A stretch of 64,000 bases of DNA from Selenomonadaceae bacterium (GCA_017476005.1 JAFVEM010000046.1:16000-79999), one strand, 5' to 3'. Positions 55,417 through 64,000 are shown, counted from the stretch's first letter. The notes: generated from the letters alone by a model not told the origin. Made by a program: numbers and translations.

Positions 55417-57228
55417 GTGAAACCTTTGCAACAGTTTATTTTTACCATAGATGACTTGACGGAAATCGAAGACAAACTTTCGCCGATACGGGCTTATATA
55501 GATAGACATAAGACGAAATCGGTTTTGGTGCATTGTTTCTGCGGCCGTTGGGTAATGGATGACGCCGCTCAAATCGTGACAGAAATAAAACGGGTACTGC
55601 CCCAAAGCGAAATCATCGGCACCATATCCTACGGCGAGGTGGTGCAAGGCGAATCCACGCGCATGAGTTACGCTCTTACCGTGACCATCTTCACGGAAAC
55701 CCAAGTGGAGGTTCTCTCTTACCTAGTGAAACGGGGCGAGGAAAAGGCGGTGGGGGAGGCAGTCAGCGCCGCTATTGCCGCCGACCCGGACAACGCCGCC
55801 GCCGAAATTTTTTCCACCGTCCTCCAGTTTGACAACCAGCTCCTCCTAGAGAGCATCGCCCTCCCCAGCGAAGATTTCTCTGTTTTTGGCGCCGGCGCTA
55901 TGGGGGCGGTGAAAAAAGGCGAGTGCTTCATTATCGCCAACGAAGAAATTATCACCTCCGGGCTGGTGGTGGCGCTGTATAAGGGCAGAGATTTTCACGT
56001 CCACATCGAACGCATTTCCGGCTGGAAACCCATGGGGCCGACTATGGACGTGACGAAAGTCGAGGGGTTGCTCCTAAAAGAAATAGACGGGGCGCCGGCT
56101 TTCGGCATATACCAGCATTACCTGCAAATCCCCTACGCCGAAAATTTCCTAGAGCATACCTTGGGGTTCCCTATGCTGTCGCTGGACAGAGGCTACGATG
56201 TGCTGAGGGTCTCCCATGGCGCCAAAGAGGACGGCAGTATTATTCTGTCGGCGCCGGTGCAAGCCGGTACGAAACTGCGCCTCACCTATGGGAATCTCAG
56301 CGAGATTTATCACGAGGTGGAAGTAGGTCACGAAAAAATTCGCCGGTTCGTCCCCCAAGGCATTCTGCTCTTTGACTGCGCCACTCGCCTCATGTACTGG
56401 CAGACGGGCATCAATCAGGAGACGGCTCCCTTTGAACGGCTGGCGCCTACCGCCGGTATTTTCTGCGAAGGGGAATTTCGCAGCGTAGCCACCAAGGAAA
56501 TTATCAATCACCAGTGTACCCTAGTGGCTGTGGGTATGCGCGAAGGGCCGCCGGGAAAACCGGTAGAGCGTGCGGCCAAACTGGAGGAAATGAAGTTCTA
56601 CACCGATTCTTCGGTGCTAAAACGTATGGCCGCCTTTATTCAGATGACCAGTCTTGATTTGGAAAAGGCCAATCAGCAACTGACAGAGCTGAACGTGCAA
56701 CTCAATGTAGCCAACGCCAAATTATCCTACATCGCTGTTACCGATGAGCTGACGAAGCTCTTTAACCGCCGGGAAATTGAGCATCGCTTCCAAACTGCCC
56801 TGAAAGAAACAGCTGAAAGCGCCGATCTCATGTCCCTCATCATGATAGACATAGATTTCTTTAAGCGAGTCAACGACACTTACGGTCACGCCATCGGCGA
56901 CAAGGTCTTGCAGGAGGCGGCGACGGTTATTCACGACACGCTGGGGGAATTTCCCGGAGCCTTGGCCGGACGCTGGGGCGGCGAAGAATTTTTGGCTATC
57001 CTGCCGGAAATGAATCTTCAGGCGGCGACTAAGGTGGCGGAGACCATCCGGCAAAATTTTGCCGCCCACGAATTTAAGGTCGCCGGTCATCAGACCATGA
57101 GCCTAGGAGTTACTTGCACCGATGGCCGCGAGGACGAAAAGAAAATCTTCATTCGCGCCGACGATGCCCTGTATCGCGCCAAAGGCGCCGGACGAAATCG
57201 AGTGGTGTCCATTGACATTGGCGGCTGA
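55417..57228 (+). CDS. FIST_N/FIST_C sensor - GGDEF diguanylate cyclase
   Basis: The C-terminal GRWGGEEFLAILP...RADDALYRAKGAGRNRV is an intact cyclase and the N-terminal ~380 aa are FIST-like. The start is uncertain: the GTG at 55417 abuts the SD, and an in-frame TTG at 55426 is also possible. Confidence 0.8.
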   Translation: MKPLQQFIFTIDDLTEIEDKLSPIRAYIDRHKTKSVLVHCFCGRWVMDDAAQIVTEIKRVLPQSEIIGTISYGEVVQGESTRMSYALTVTIFTETQVEVLSYLVKRGEEKAVGEAVSAAIAADPDNAAAEIFSTVLQFDNQLLLESIALPSEDFSVFGAGAMGAVKKGECFIIANEEIITSGLVVALYKGRDFHVHIERISGWKPMGPTMDVTKVEGLLLKEIDGAPAFGIYQHYLQIPYAENFLEHTLGFPMLSLDRGYDVLRVSHGAKEDGSIILSAPVQAGTKLRLTYGNLSEIYHEVEVGHEKIRRFVPQGILLFDCATRLMYWQTGINQETAPFERLAPTAGIFCEGEFRSVATKEIINHQCTLVAVGMREGPPGKPVERAAKLEEMKFYTDSSVLKRMAAFIQMTSLDLEKANQQLTELNVQLNVANAKLSYIAVTDELTKLFNRREIEHRFQTALKETAESADLMSLIMIDIDFFKRVNDTYGHAIGDKVLQEAATVIHDTLGEFPGALAGRWGGEEFLAILPEMNLQAATKVAETIRQNFAAHEFKVAGHQTMSLGVTCTDGREDEKKIFIRADDALYRAKGAGRNRVVSIDIGG

Positions 57229-57233
57229 ACCCG

Positions 57234-57270
57234 TCAAAAAAAGGCCGCGTGTAAACACGCGGCTTTTTTG
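57234..57270. terminator. bidirectional terminator between the GGDEF gene and rpsT
   Basis: AAAAAAAGGCCGCGTG-taaa-CACGCGGCTTTTTT. Confidence 0.8.
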
Positions 57271-57284
57271 CCCTTAATTTTATC

Positions 57285-57551
57285 TTAGCTGGCCATGGCG
57301 TTGACCTTACGCGCCAAACGAGACTTTTTCCGCGCGGCGGCGTTCTTATGATATACCCGGTTGGCTGCGGCCTGATCTATGGTCTTGCAAGCGATGGAGA
57401 GTAGCGTCTTAGCCTCGTCGGCCTTGCCGCCCTCGATGGCGTCCAGCACCCGACGGGTGGCCGTGCGTACCCGAGATTTCTCCGCCGCATTCTTGGCATG
57501 GCGTTTGGCATCAGCCTTGACGCTCCGTATGGAGGATTTTATATTCGGCAA
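57285..57551 (-). CDS. rpsT: 30S ribosomal protein S20
   Basis: MPNIKSSIRSVKADAKRHAKNAAEKS; 88 aa. Confidence 0.95.
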   Translation of the reverse strand: MPNIKSSIRSVKADAKRHAKNAAEKSRVRTATRRVLDAIEGGKADEAKTLLSIACKTIDQAAANRVYHKNAAARKKSRLARKVNAMAS

Positions 57552-57641
57552 CTATTTTCACCTCACTATACCCAAAATACCGCTTCATTCTATACTCGCG
57601 AAAGAAAAACTGGTTCTTTTTGTGACAGTTCGTCCGCGGTA

Positions 57642-57694
57642 TATACGGATAACGTAAGGCTTTCCTACGGAAAGACCTAACGTTATCCAGTATA
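57642..57694 (-). promoter_or_regulatory. 53-nt near-perfect palindrome at the predicted 5' end of the rpsT transcript
   Basis: TATAC-GGATAACGTAAGGCTTTCC-tac-GGAAAGACCTAACGTTATCC-a-GTATA, read directly from the sequence. Confidence 0.5.
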
Positions 57695-57717
57695 GCATAG
57701 ACAAATTTAAAAAGCAA
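57689..57717 (-). promoter_or_regulatory. rpsT promoter TTGCTT-17-TATACT
   Basis: Exact 17-nt spacing on the minus strand. The -10 is part of the outer arm of the palindrome, and the -35 overlaps the left copy of the 22-bp direct repeat. Confidence 0.5.
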
Positions 57718-57785
57718 CTACCTATTTATCGCTGCCACGGAAATCAATTTTCACCAAAGCGACATGACAAGGAGGCTTATGTTTC

Positions 57786-58565
57786 ATGCGTTTGGAAGAA
57801 ATCATCAACCAACATCGTCATGACTTGAACGATACGGACATGGCGGTTTACAAATACATTTTGCAACACCGAGCGGAGGCACGGCATATTTCTATTCATA
57901 AGCTCGCGCGAAATTGCGCCGTGTCCTCGGCTACCATTGTGCGCTTTGCCAAAAAATTGGGCTTTGACGGTTTCGGCGAGTTAAAAGCCGCGCTGAAATT
58001 GGAGCAGGAGGAGGCGCATTATCAGCAGGCTGATGTGTTGCAGGATTTACGGAATTTTTATGCCCAGACAGCGGCCAAAGTCTTTCAGCGTAATTTCGAC
58101 AGCGCTAGCCGTTTAATTCACGAGGCCAATCGGGTATTCATCTTCGCTTCCGGCTATGTGCAAAGCAACGTGGCGCAGGAGCTGAAGCGGCTGTTTTTTT
58201 ATGACAATGTGCTGATTTATGAAATCAGCGGCCGGGAGGAATTTGCCTCCATTGCCCGTAACCTCACGCCCGACGACCTCTTCATCTTCGTTTCGCTGTC
58301 CGGAGAAACGCCTGTTGTTGTGGATTTTGCCCGTAAACTTAGGTTGCTGGACGTACCCTTTATCTCCATCACCAAATTGCACGACAATACCCTGGCCAGC
58401 CTCTCCACCGTCAATCTCTACGTTTCTCCGGCGCGGTTTCAGCTCTACGACGATGATGACGAACGCACGGCGTTTCAATCCATGCTCCCCTATTTTATAC
58501 TGATTGAAGTATGGTTCGTTAAGTACCGTATGTACCTGCAAAGCCGCCGGGAACAGGGCTTGTAA
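57786..58565 (+). CDS. MurR/RpiR-family transcriptional regulator (HTH + SIS)
   Basis: HKLARNCAVSSATIVRFAKKLGFDGFGELK is the HTH_6 motif, followed by a C-terminal SIS fold. Confidence 0.85.
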   Translation: MRLEEIINQHRHDLNDTDMAVYKYILQHRAEARHISIHKLARNCAVSSATIVRFAKKLGFDGFGELKAALKLEQEEAHYQQADVLQDLRNFYAQTAAKVFQRNFDSASRLIHEANRVFIFASGYVQSNVAQELKRLFFYDNVLIYEISGREEFASIARNLTPDDLFIFVSLSGETPVVVDFARKLRLLDVPFISITKLHDNTLASLSTVNLYVSPARFQLYDDDDERTAFQSMLPYFILIEVWFVKYRMYLQSRREQGL

Positions 58566-58705
58566 CAAAGTACGCGCCATGAAACAAAGTACAACCCGGT
58601 TCCCGTGCCAAAGGGGCTGGAAGCTATTGCAAAGTATTTTTCAGCGTTGTATGCTCTCCTTGAAACGAGGCACTGAGTGTCTAAGCGAATAAGGAGGCAT
58701 TTGCG

Positions 58706-60817
58706 ATGAGTATCAACAAAGACCGTTTAATGCAGGGTATGCAACGGTTCGGCGGTGCTATGTACACGCCGGTTATCCTCTTTGCGTTCTTCGGTTTAAC
58801 GGTGGCGCTGGCCATCATCTGCAAGAACGAAGGGATTTTGGGCAGTCTCGCCGCCCAAGGAACTATGTGGTATGACTTTTGGTTTGTGGTGGAACAGGGT
58901 GCTTGGACGGTATTCGCCCAAATGCCTATCCTCTTTGCTATCGCCGTCCCCATCGGTTTTGCCAAAAAGGAACCGGCGCGTTGCGCCATGGAGTCCTTCG
59001 TTATCTACATCGTGTTTAACTATTTTATCGCCGGTTTTCTGACCCTGCACGGCGCTTACTTCGGCGTTGACTATGCGCAGGAGGCGGGAGCCGGAACAGG
59101 ACTGGCCATGATAGCCAACATCAAGACGCTGGACATGGGCATGCTCGGCGCTATCTTCATCGCCTGCATGACGGCTTATCTGCACAATCGCTTCTATGAC
59201 ACCGATATTCCCGATTGGCTCGGCATTTTCAAAGGGCCGGCCTTCGTGGTGGCCGTCGGTTTTGCGGTGATGATACCCATGGCTTTTCTCTTCTGCTTGG
59301 TATGGCCGGCAGTGCAACACGCCATCATGCAGTTCCAAGACTTTTTGAAAACCAGCGGTTTGGTGGGCGTATGGGCTTATACCTTCTCGGAGCGCATTTT
59401 ACTCCCGGCCGGGTTGCATCACTTCATCTACCTGCCCTTTATTTTCGGGCCTGCCGTGTGCGACGGCGGTATTCAGGCTTATTGGTTACAGCACATCAAT
59501 GATTTCGCCAATAGCGCGCAAAGTCTCAAAGAAATGTTCCCGGAGGGCGGTTTTGCCCTGCACGGCAGCTCCAAGATTTTCGGTCTGCCCGGCGCGGCGT
59601 TAGCTATATATATGTGCGCCAAGCCGGAGAAACGTAAAAAGACGGCGACCTTACTCATTCCCGCCACTTTGACGGCTGTTATTTGCGGCATCACGGAACC
59701 TTTGGAGTTTACCTTCCTCTTTGTAGCGCCCCTTCTCTATTTGGTACACGCCTTACTGGCGGCTACTCTTTCGGCGACGCTCTACGCCTTTGGCCTAGCC
59801 GGAAACTTCGGCGGCGGGCTTATCGATGCGTTCATTCAGAACTGGATTCCCCTCTTTTCTTATCACTCCGGCACCTATATCATGCAGATTGTCGTCGGCC
59901 TGTGCTTCACCGCCATTTATTTCGTGGTTTTCCGCACCCTGATTTTGAAATTCGACTACGCCACGCCGGGACGCACTGCCGACGACGTGGAGGACAAACT
60001 ATTTTCCAAAGCCGAGTACCAAGCCAAAAAGGAAATGGAAGAAATGGGACTCGCCGATAATCCCTTGGCCATTAAAGCCAAAGTTTTCCTCGACTGCTTG
60101 GGCGGCCCCGATAACATAAAAGAAGTCACCAACTGCGCCACTCGCTTGCGCGTGACGGTAGCCGATCCCGACAAGGTGGCGTCGGTGGGCAAATTTAACA
60201 AGGCCGGCGCCTTCGGACTGGTGAAAAACGGTCGCGCCGTGCAGGTCATCGTGGGGCTGTCTGTTCCGCAAGTCAGAGGTTATTTCGACGCTCTCCTGAA
60301 GGGCGAAAAAGTCACGGCCGCTCCTACCCAAAGCGCGCCGCAGGTGAAGAGCGACACGAGCCTTGCCATGCAAGTCAAGGCTTGCGTTTCCGGGCGTTTA
60401 ATGGACATGAGTGAAGTACCCGACGAGATGTTTTCCCAAAAGATGATGGGCGACGGGGTAGCTATTGAGCCGACCGGCGATACGGTGGTATCTCCGGCTG
60501 CGGCGGAAGTCACCATGGTCATGGAGGAAAGTCTGCACGCCGTAGGGCTTAGATTTGATAACGGCGCGGAAATGCTCATTCACATCGGCCTAGACACGGT
60601 GAATCTCCAAGGCCAAGGTTTCACGGCGCAAGTCAAAGCCGGTGACAAAGTGGCGGCCGGCACTCCCTTGATTAAATTCGACCAAGAAACAATAAAAGCC
60701 GCCGGTTACAAGACCACGGTCATCATGGCCGTGACCAATTCCGCCGACTATCCGCAAATGCAAAAAGCGCCCGACGGCGACGTAGTATCCGCCGAAACGC
60801 CGGTGCTGACTTTCTGA
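58706..60817 (+). CDS. PTS EIICBA component, glucose/maltose/alpha-glucoside family
   Basis: About 10-TM EIIC, EIIB motif NCATRLRV, and an EIIA-Glc C-terminus (GDGVAIEP...HIGLDTV); 703 aa. Confidence 0.85.
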   Translation: MSINKDRLMQGMQRFGGAMYTPVILFAFFGLTVALAIICKNEGILGSLAAQGTMWYDFWFVVEQGAWTVFAQMPILFAIAVPIGFAKKEPARCAMESFVIYIVFNYFIAGFLTLHGAYFGVDYAQEAGAGTGLAMIANIKTLDMGMLGAIFIACMTAYLHNRFYDTDIPDWLGIFKGPAFVVAVGFAVMIPMAFLFCLVWPAVQHAIMQFQDFLKTSGLVGVWAYTFSERILLPAGLHHFIYLPFIFGPAVCDGGIQAYWLQHINDFANSAQSLKEMFPEGGFALHGSSKIFGLPGAALAIYMCAKPEKRKKTATLLIPATLTAVICGITEPLEFTFLFVAPLLYLVHALLAATLSATLYAFGLAGNFGGGLIDAFIQNWIPLFSYHSGTYIMQIVVGLCFTAIYFVVFRTLILKFDYATPGRTADDVEDKLFSKAEYQAKKEMEEMGLADNPLAIKAKVFLDCLGGPDNIKEVTNCATRLRVTVADPDKVASVGKFNKAGAFGLVKNGRAVQVIVGLSVPQVRGYFDALLKGEKVTAAPTQSAPQVKSDTSLAMQVKACVSGRLMDMSEVPDEMFSQKMMGDGVAIEPTGDTVVSPAAAEVTMVMEESLHAVGLRFDNGAEMLIHIGLDTVNLQGQGFTAQVKAGDKVAAGTPLIKFDQETIKAAGYKTTVIMAVTNSADYPQMQKAPDGDVVSAETPVLTF

Positions 60818-60838
60818 CAGCAAAAAGAGGGTTTACAA

Positions 60839-62533
60839 ATGAAAGACTTAAAATGGTGGCAGAAAACGAATGTTTATCAGGTATATCCCAAGAGTTTCTT
60901 GGATACTACCGGCAGCGGCACGGGAGATCTTAACGGCGTTACGGCGAAACTGGACTACTTAAAAACTTTGGGAGTGGGCGCCGTGTGGCTCACGCCGGTT
61001 TATCCCTCGCCTATGGTGGATAACGGCTATGACATTGCCGACTTTACGGGGATTGACCCCTCCTACGGCACCATGGCCGACATGGAACGGCTCATTGCCG
61101 AAGCCAAGGAGCGCCATATCAGTATTGTCATGGACTTGGTTTATAACCATACCTCCGATAAGCATCCTTGGTTTGTGGATTCGGCTGCGTCGCGAGACAG
61201 CGCACACGCCGATTGGTATATTTGGCGTGACGCCAAGCCGAACGGAGAGCCGCCTACCAACTGGCGCTCCATTTTCGGCGGCAGCGCTTGGACTTGGTGC
61301 GAGGCGCGGCAGCAGTATTATCTGCACACCTTCGCCTCGGCGCAGCCCGATTTGAACTGGGAAAATCCGGCAGTGCGGCAGGCGCTCTATGAGGCGGCTA
61401 ATTTCTGGTTGGGCAAAGGCGTGGGCGGTTTCCGTATAGATGCCATTGTCTATATAAAAAAGCCGCCGGTTTTTGCCGACGGCGAGCCGGACAGCGACGA
61501 CGGAATGGTGAATGTCCACTCCATGATAGCCAATACCCCCGGCATCTTGGATTTTCTCCACGAGTTTAAGGACAAGGTTTTTGTAGGCCACGACATTTTC
61601 ACGGTGGCCGAGGCTAACGGGGTGGAACCTAAGGATTTAGATAAATGGGTGGGAGACAAAGGGGCTTTTGATATGCTCTTTGAATTTTCCCACACGACCT
61701 TGGAATTTCCCTCGGGAGAAATATGGACTCAAGCCACGGGCTATACGCCGAATTTAATTCCTCGGCTGAAAAAAGTTCTGACCGACAGTCAAAAAGCCAC
61801 GGCGCATAACGGTTGGTACCCCATCTTCTTTGAAAATCATGATCAAATGCGTTGCGTGGATCATTACTTCCCGGCAGAGGCCGATAAAAAATTGGCGGCT
61901 AAGGCTATGGCTACGCTAATCATGACTTTGCGCGGCACCCCCTTTATATACGAGGGACAGGAACTGGGACTGGGCAACGTGGCTTGGTCGTCAATACAAG
62001 ACTATAACGACATCTCCTCTCACGGACAGTATCAACTCGCTCTAGGCGAAGGCAAAAGCGAGAGCGAAGCGTTGCGCTTGGTGCATCGTTACAGCCGGGA
62101 CAACGCCCGTACCCCTATGCAGTGGACTAGCGAGAAAAATGCCGGGTTTACCGCCGGGCATCCTTGGCTCCCCGTGCACGCCGATTTTCGCGAGCAATGT
62201 GTGGAAAGCGAGTCGCTTGACGAAAATTCGGTGCTGAGTTTTTATCGCCGCTTGGCGAAACTCCGCATGGGCGGCGAAGTAGCGGAAGTTTTGCAACGGG
62301 GAGATTTTGCCGAGCTTTTGCCGAAAAACGCCTCCATTATGGCCTTTAAGCGGCAGTTAGGGACTACGGCAGTTTATACCTTGGTTAATTTTTCCGGCGA
62401 GATGCGGGCGTATGACTTGCCGGAACTGACGGAGACCAAAGCCATATCGGAGAGCATTACGGGTAGCCAAGTGGGACGCTTGCGGCCTTGGGAAGCTGTG
62501 GTGTATGTAGGGAAAGCCGGTGCAAAGTCATGA
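60839..62533 (+). CDS. GH13 alpha-glucosidase (oligo-1,6-glucosidase / TreC family)
   Basis: VYQVYPKSFLDTTGSGTGDLNG, DLVYNHTSDKHPWF, GGFRIDAI, and FENHDQ; 564 aa. Confidence 0.85.
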   Translation: MKDLKWWQKTNVYQVYPKSFLDTTGSGTGDLNGVTAKLDYLKTLGVGAVWLTPVYPSPMVDNGYDIADFTGIDPSYGTMADMERLIAEAKERHISIVMDLVYNHTSDKHPWFVDSAASRDSAHADWYIWRDAKPNGEPPTNWRSIFGGSAWTWCEARQQYYLHTFASAQPDLNWENPAVRQALYEAANFWLGKGVGGFRIDAIVYIKKPPVFADGEPDSDDGMVNVHSMIANTPGILDFLHEFKDKVFVGHDIFTVAEANGVEPKDLDKWVGDKGAFDMLFEFSHTTLEFPSGEIWTQATGYTPNLIPRLKKVLTDSQKATAHNGWYPIFFENHDQMRCVDHYFPAEADKKLAAKAMATLIMTLRGTPFIYEGQELGLGNVAWSSIQDYNDISSHGQYQLALGEGKSESEALRLVHRYSRDNARTPMQWTSEKNAGFTAGHPWLPVHADFREQCVESESLDENSVLSFYRRLAKLRMGGEVAEVLQRGDFAELLPKNASIMAFKRQLGTTAVYTLVNFSGEMRAYDLPELTETKAISESITGSQVGRLRPWEAVVYVGKAGAKS

Positions 62534-63303
62534 AAATAGGCGCCAGTGATTATGACGGGACGCTGTTTCGCGGCCAAACCATCGCGGCGGAGGATGTGGC
62601 CGGCGTGAGAGCGTGGCGCGCCGCCGGGCATAAATTCGGCGTGGTCAGCGGTCGGGATTACGGTATGTTAAGTCCGCAACTGAAATTTTACGGCATCGCG
62701 TCCGACTACGCCGTGTGCAATAACGGCAGCATTATCCTAAACGCCGCCGGCGCGCCTTTATGGCAGGGCAGTATTCCCTTGGCAGTGTTGGCGGAAATTG
62801 CCGAAGAGCCGTGCCTAACGAACTCCTTCCACTTCGCCTTTTCGGCGGCCGATAAAACCTATCTCTGCCACGAAGGCGAAGGCTCGTGGATAATGCGCGA
62901 GGCCAAGGAGTGGGATTTTCCCATTGTAAAAATTGCCGTGACCGACATTGGCAGTCTGCCGCAAATTCAGCAATTCTGCCTAGGTTATCACGAGGCGAAA
63001 GAGGCCGCCGCCACCAGCGATATTCTCAACGCCAAATACGGCGCCACGGTTCACGCCTACCCCAACGGTTGCAGCGTGGATATAACTCCCGCCAATGTTA
63101 GCAAGAGTCAAGGCATCAAGAAATTACTGGAGCTAATGCGCTGGGAGGATGCCGAGGTTTTTGCCATCGGCGACGAGACCAACGATTTGCCTATGCTGGA
63201 CGCTTTCGGAGGCTTTACCGTAGCCACCGCCAGAGATGCTATCAAGGCCAAAGCCAGAGCGGTATATCAAAGCGTAGGGGATATGTTGATAAACAATATT
63301 TGA
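62530..63303 (+). CDS. Cof-type HAD-IIB phosphatase
   Basis: MKIGASDYDGTLF (motif I) and FAIGDETNDLPML (motif IV). ATGA overlap with the GH13 stop. Confidence 0.8.
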   Translation: MKIGASDYDGTLFRGQTIAAEDVAGVRAWRAAGHKFGVVSGRDYGMLSPQLKFYGIASDYAVCNNGSIILNAAGAPLWQGSIPLAVLAEIAEEPCLTNSFHFAFSAADKTYLCHEGEGSWIMREAKEWDFPIVKIAVTDIGSLPQIQQFCLGYHEAKEAAATSDILNAKYGATVHAYPNGCSVDITPANVSKSQGIKKLLELMRWEDAEVFAIGDETNDLPMLDAFGGFTVATARDAIKAKARAVYQSVGDMLINNI

Positions 63304-63319
63304 GAGCGGTAATAACAAG

Positions 63320-63378
63320 CTGCCGGTGAGTGCAAGGTAACTGTAGCACTCACCGGCAGTTTTCTGTTTTTCTTTTTA
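63320..63378 (+). terminator. intrinsic terminator ending the PTS cassette
   Basis: CTGCCGGTGAGTGC / GCACTCACCGGCAG 14-bp stem followed by TTTTCTGTTTTTCTTTTT. Confidence 0.8.
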
Positions 63379-63396
63379 GGCGGCGGTCGCAACTAC

Positions 63397-64000
63397 CTAT
63401 TTATCGCTGCGTTTCACCATATCCCCATAAATCGTTTTGAACTCGTCGCGCATGGAAATGGTGTCCCAGCCGCGCTCGTCGGCAAAAGCTTTCAGCTTGT
63501 CGGCCTTGGCGGTGTTCCCCAGTTCGCGCTCGGTATCGTCGCACAGCACGAAGAAGGCGATGCTGGGATAGGGATTGTCCTGCAAGGTATATTCCAGCAT
63601 ACCGCTGTCACCCATGGAGTTGCCAAAGGCCAGCACCGGTTTTTTGCCGATTTGGTTTAAGATGGAATAAATTTTGGCCGTTTTGCCGTTTTCCACCAAG
63701 GGCTTGCCGGAGATAACGATTTTTTCCTTGTGCCGGTCGTAGAAATGGGTATTCGCCTTATCCTTGCCCATGCCGGTGGAGGTATAAGTGAAATCGGTAC
63801 CGGCGATGCGCTCAGGCTTCACGGGGATAACGCCATCGACTAAAACTCTGGTGGTATCCACGCCGCAGGCCGAGTCAATGAACACGGCAAAACCGTTGTT
63901 GCCTAGGTAAGACATAATTTCCACCATGGGCAGGTAAAAGGCCTCGCCCCGTTTCAGGTTGGTTAGTCCCACCTCGTTGGTTTCGACAAAATCCGCCACA
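63397..64000 (-). CDS. HAD-superfamily hydrolase-like protein (3' part; 5' end probably beyond the window)
   Basis: LAFGNSMGDSGML resembles HAD motif IV. The frame is open to the window edge. Confidence 0.55.
   Translation of the reverse strand, partial: VADFVETNEVGLTNLKRGEAFYLPMVEIMSYLGNNGFAVFIDSACGVDTTRVLVDGVIPVKPERIAGTDFTYTSTGMGKDKANTHFYDRHKEKIVISGKPLVENGKTAKIYSILNQIGKKPVLAFGNSMGDSGMLEYTLQDNPYPSIAFFVLCDDTERELGNTAKADKLKAFADERGWDTISMRDEFKTIYGDMVKRSDK

Noticed and set aside
57511-57717. 68-aa minus-strand ORF upstream of rpsT
   Set aside because: It overlaps the rpsT start, the leader palindrome and the promoter. It has no SD and an implausible composition.
58566-58705. cre-like site (TGAAACGAGGCACT) and three CAAAGTA(C/T) repeats upstream of the PTS gene
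   Set aside because: The cre-like sequence has the wrong spacing between the TG and CG cores relative to TGWAANCGNTNWCA. The 7-mers are too short to separate from chance without comparative data.

Overview
This is a 64-kb chromosomal window from a PolC-type (Bacillota-like) anaerobe. Single 60-nt lines give about 52-58% GC over most of the window and about 40-43% in the first 2.4 kb. I saw no rRNA, tRNA or CRISPR array.

Gene content in order:
- 1-5.5 kb, minus strand: FkbH-like loader, VOC enzyme, carrier protein, MBOAT acyltransferase and a DltD-like gene. An opposite-strand PIN toxin/antitoxin pair interrupts this cluster.
- 5.6-13 kb: a glycerol regulon of a HAD phosphatase, glpABC, glpK and glpF, punctuated by hairpin repeats.
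- 13-21 kb: an orphan coiled-coil gene, aspA, a DUF3793-flavodoxin operon behind a Fur-box promoter, lysA, and ACT-hom-thrB.
- 21.8-26.6 kb: an SPFH / zinc-ribbon / TPM (YdjI/G/H-like) cluster followed by a 460-aa acidic orphan. Three decayed ISAs1-family remnants lie at 21.5, 26.7 and 35.3 kb.
- 27-35 kb: metH, pyk, a GT28 glycolipid-type glycosyltransferase coupled to an SDR, hup and serC.
- 35.8-52.9 kb: a 17-kb co-directional block of polC, ubiX, a 1417-aa double-activase fusion, then purC-E-F-M-N, a GT-A-like gene, IMP-cyclohydrolase-only purH, and purD.
- 53-64 kb: queF, a divergent pair of c-di-GMP genes, rpsT, and an RpiR / PTS-EIICBA / GH13 / Cof cassette.

Observations most worth a second look:
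- A Dlt-like envelope acylation module that seems to be fed by an FkbH-type glyceryl-ACP synthase rather than a DltA ligase.
- A PolC that lacks the whole proofreading exonuclease insert.
- A pur operon where the AICAR-transformylase half of purH is missing and a 592-aa two-domain GT-A-like gene is translationally coupled in that position.
- A modular family of stacked-hairpin intergenic repeats whose stems change in a compensatory way between copies.
- A 5.6-kb sugar-utilisation cassette bracketed by perfect 22-bp direct repeats.

All functional calls rest on my reading of the translated ORFs and on motif recall. No database search was run.
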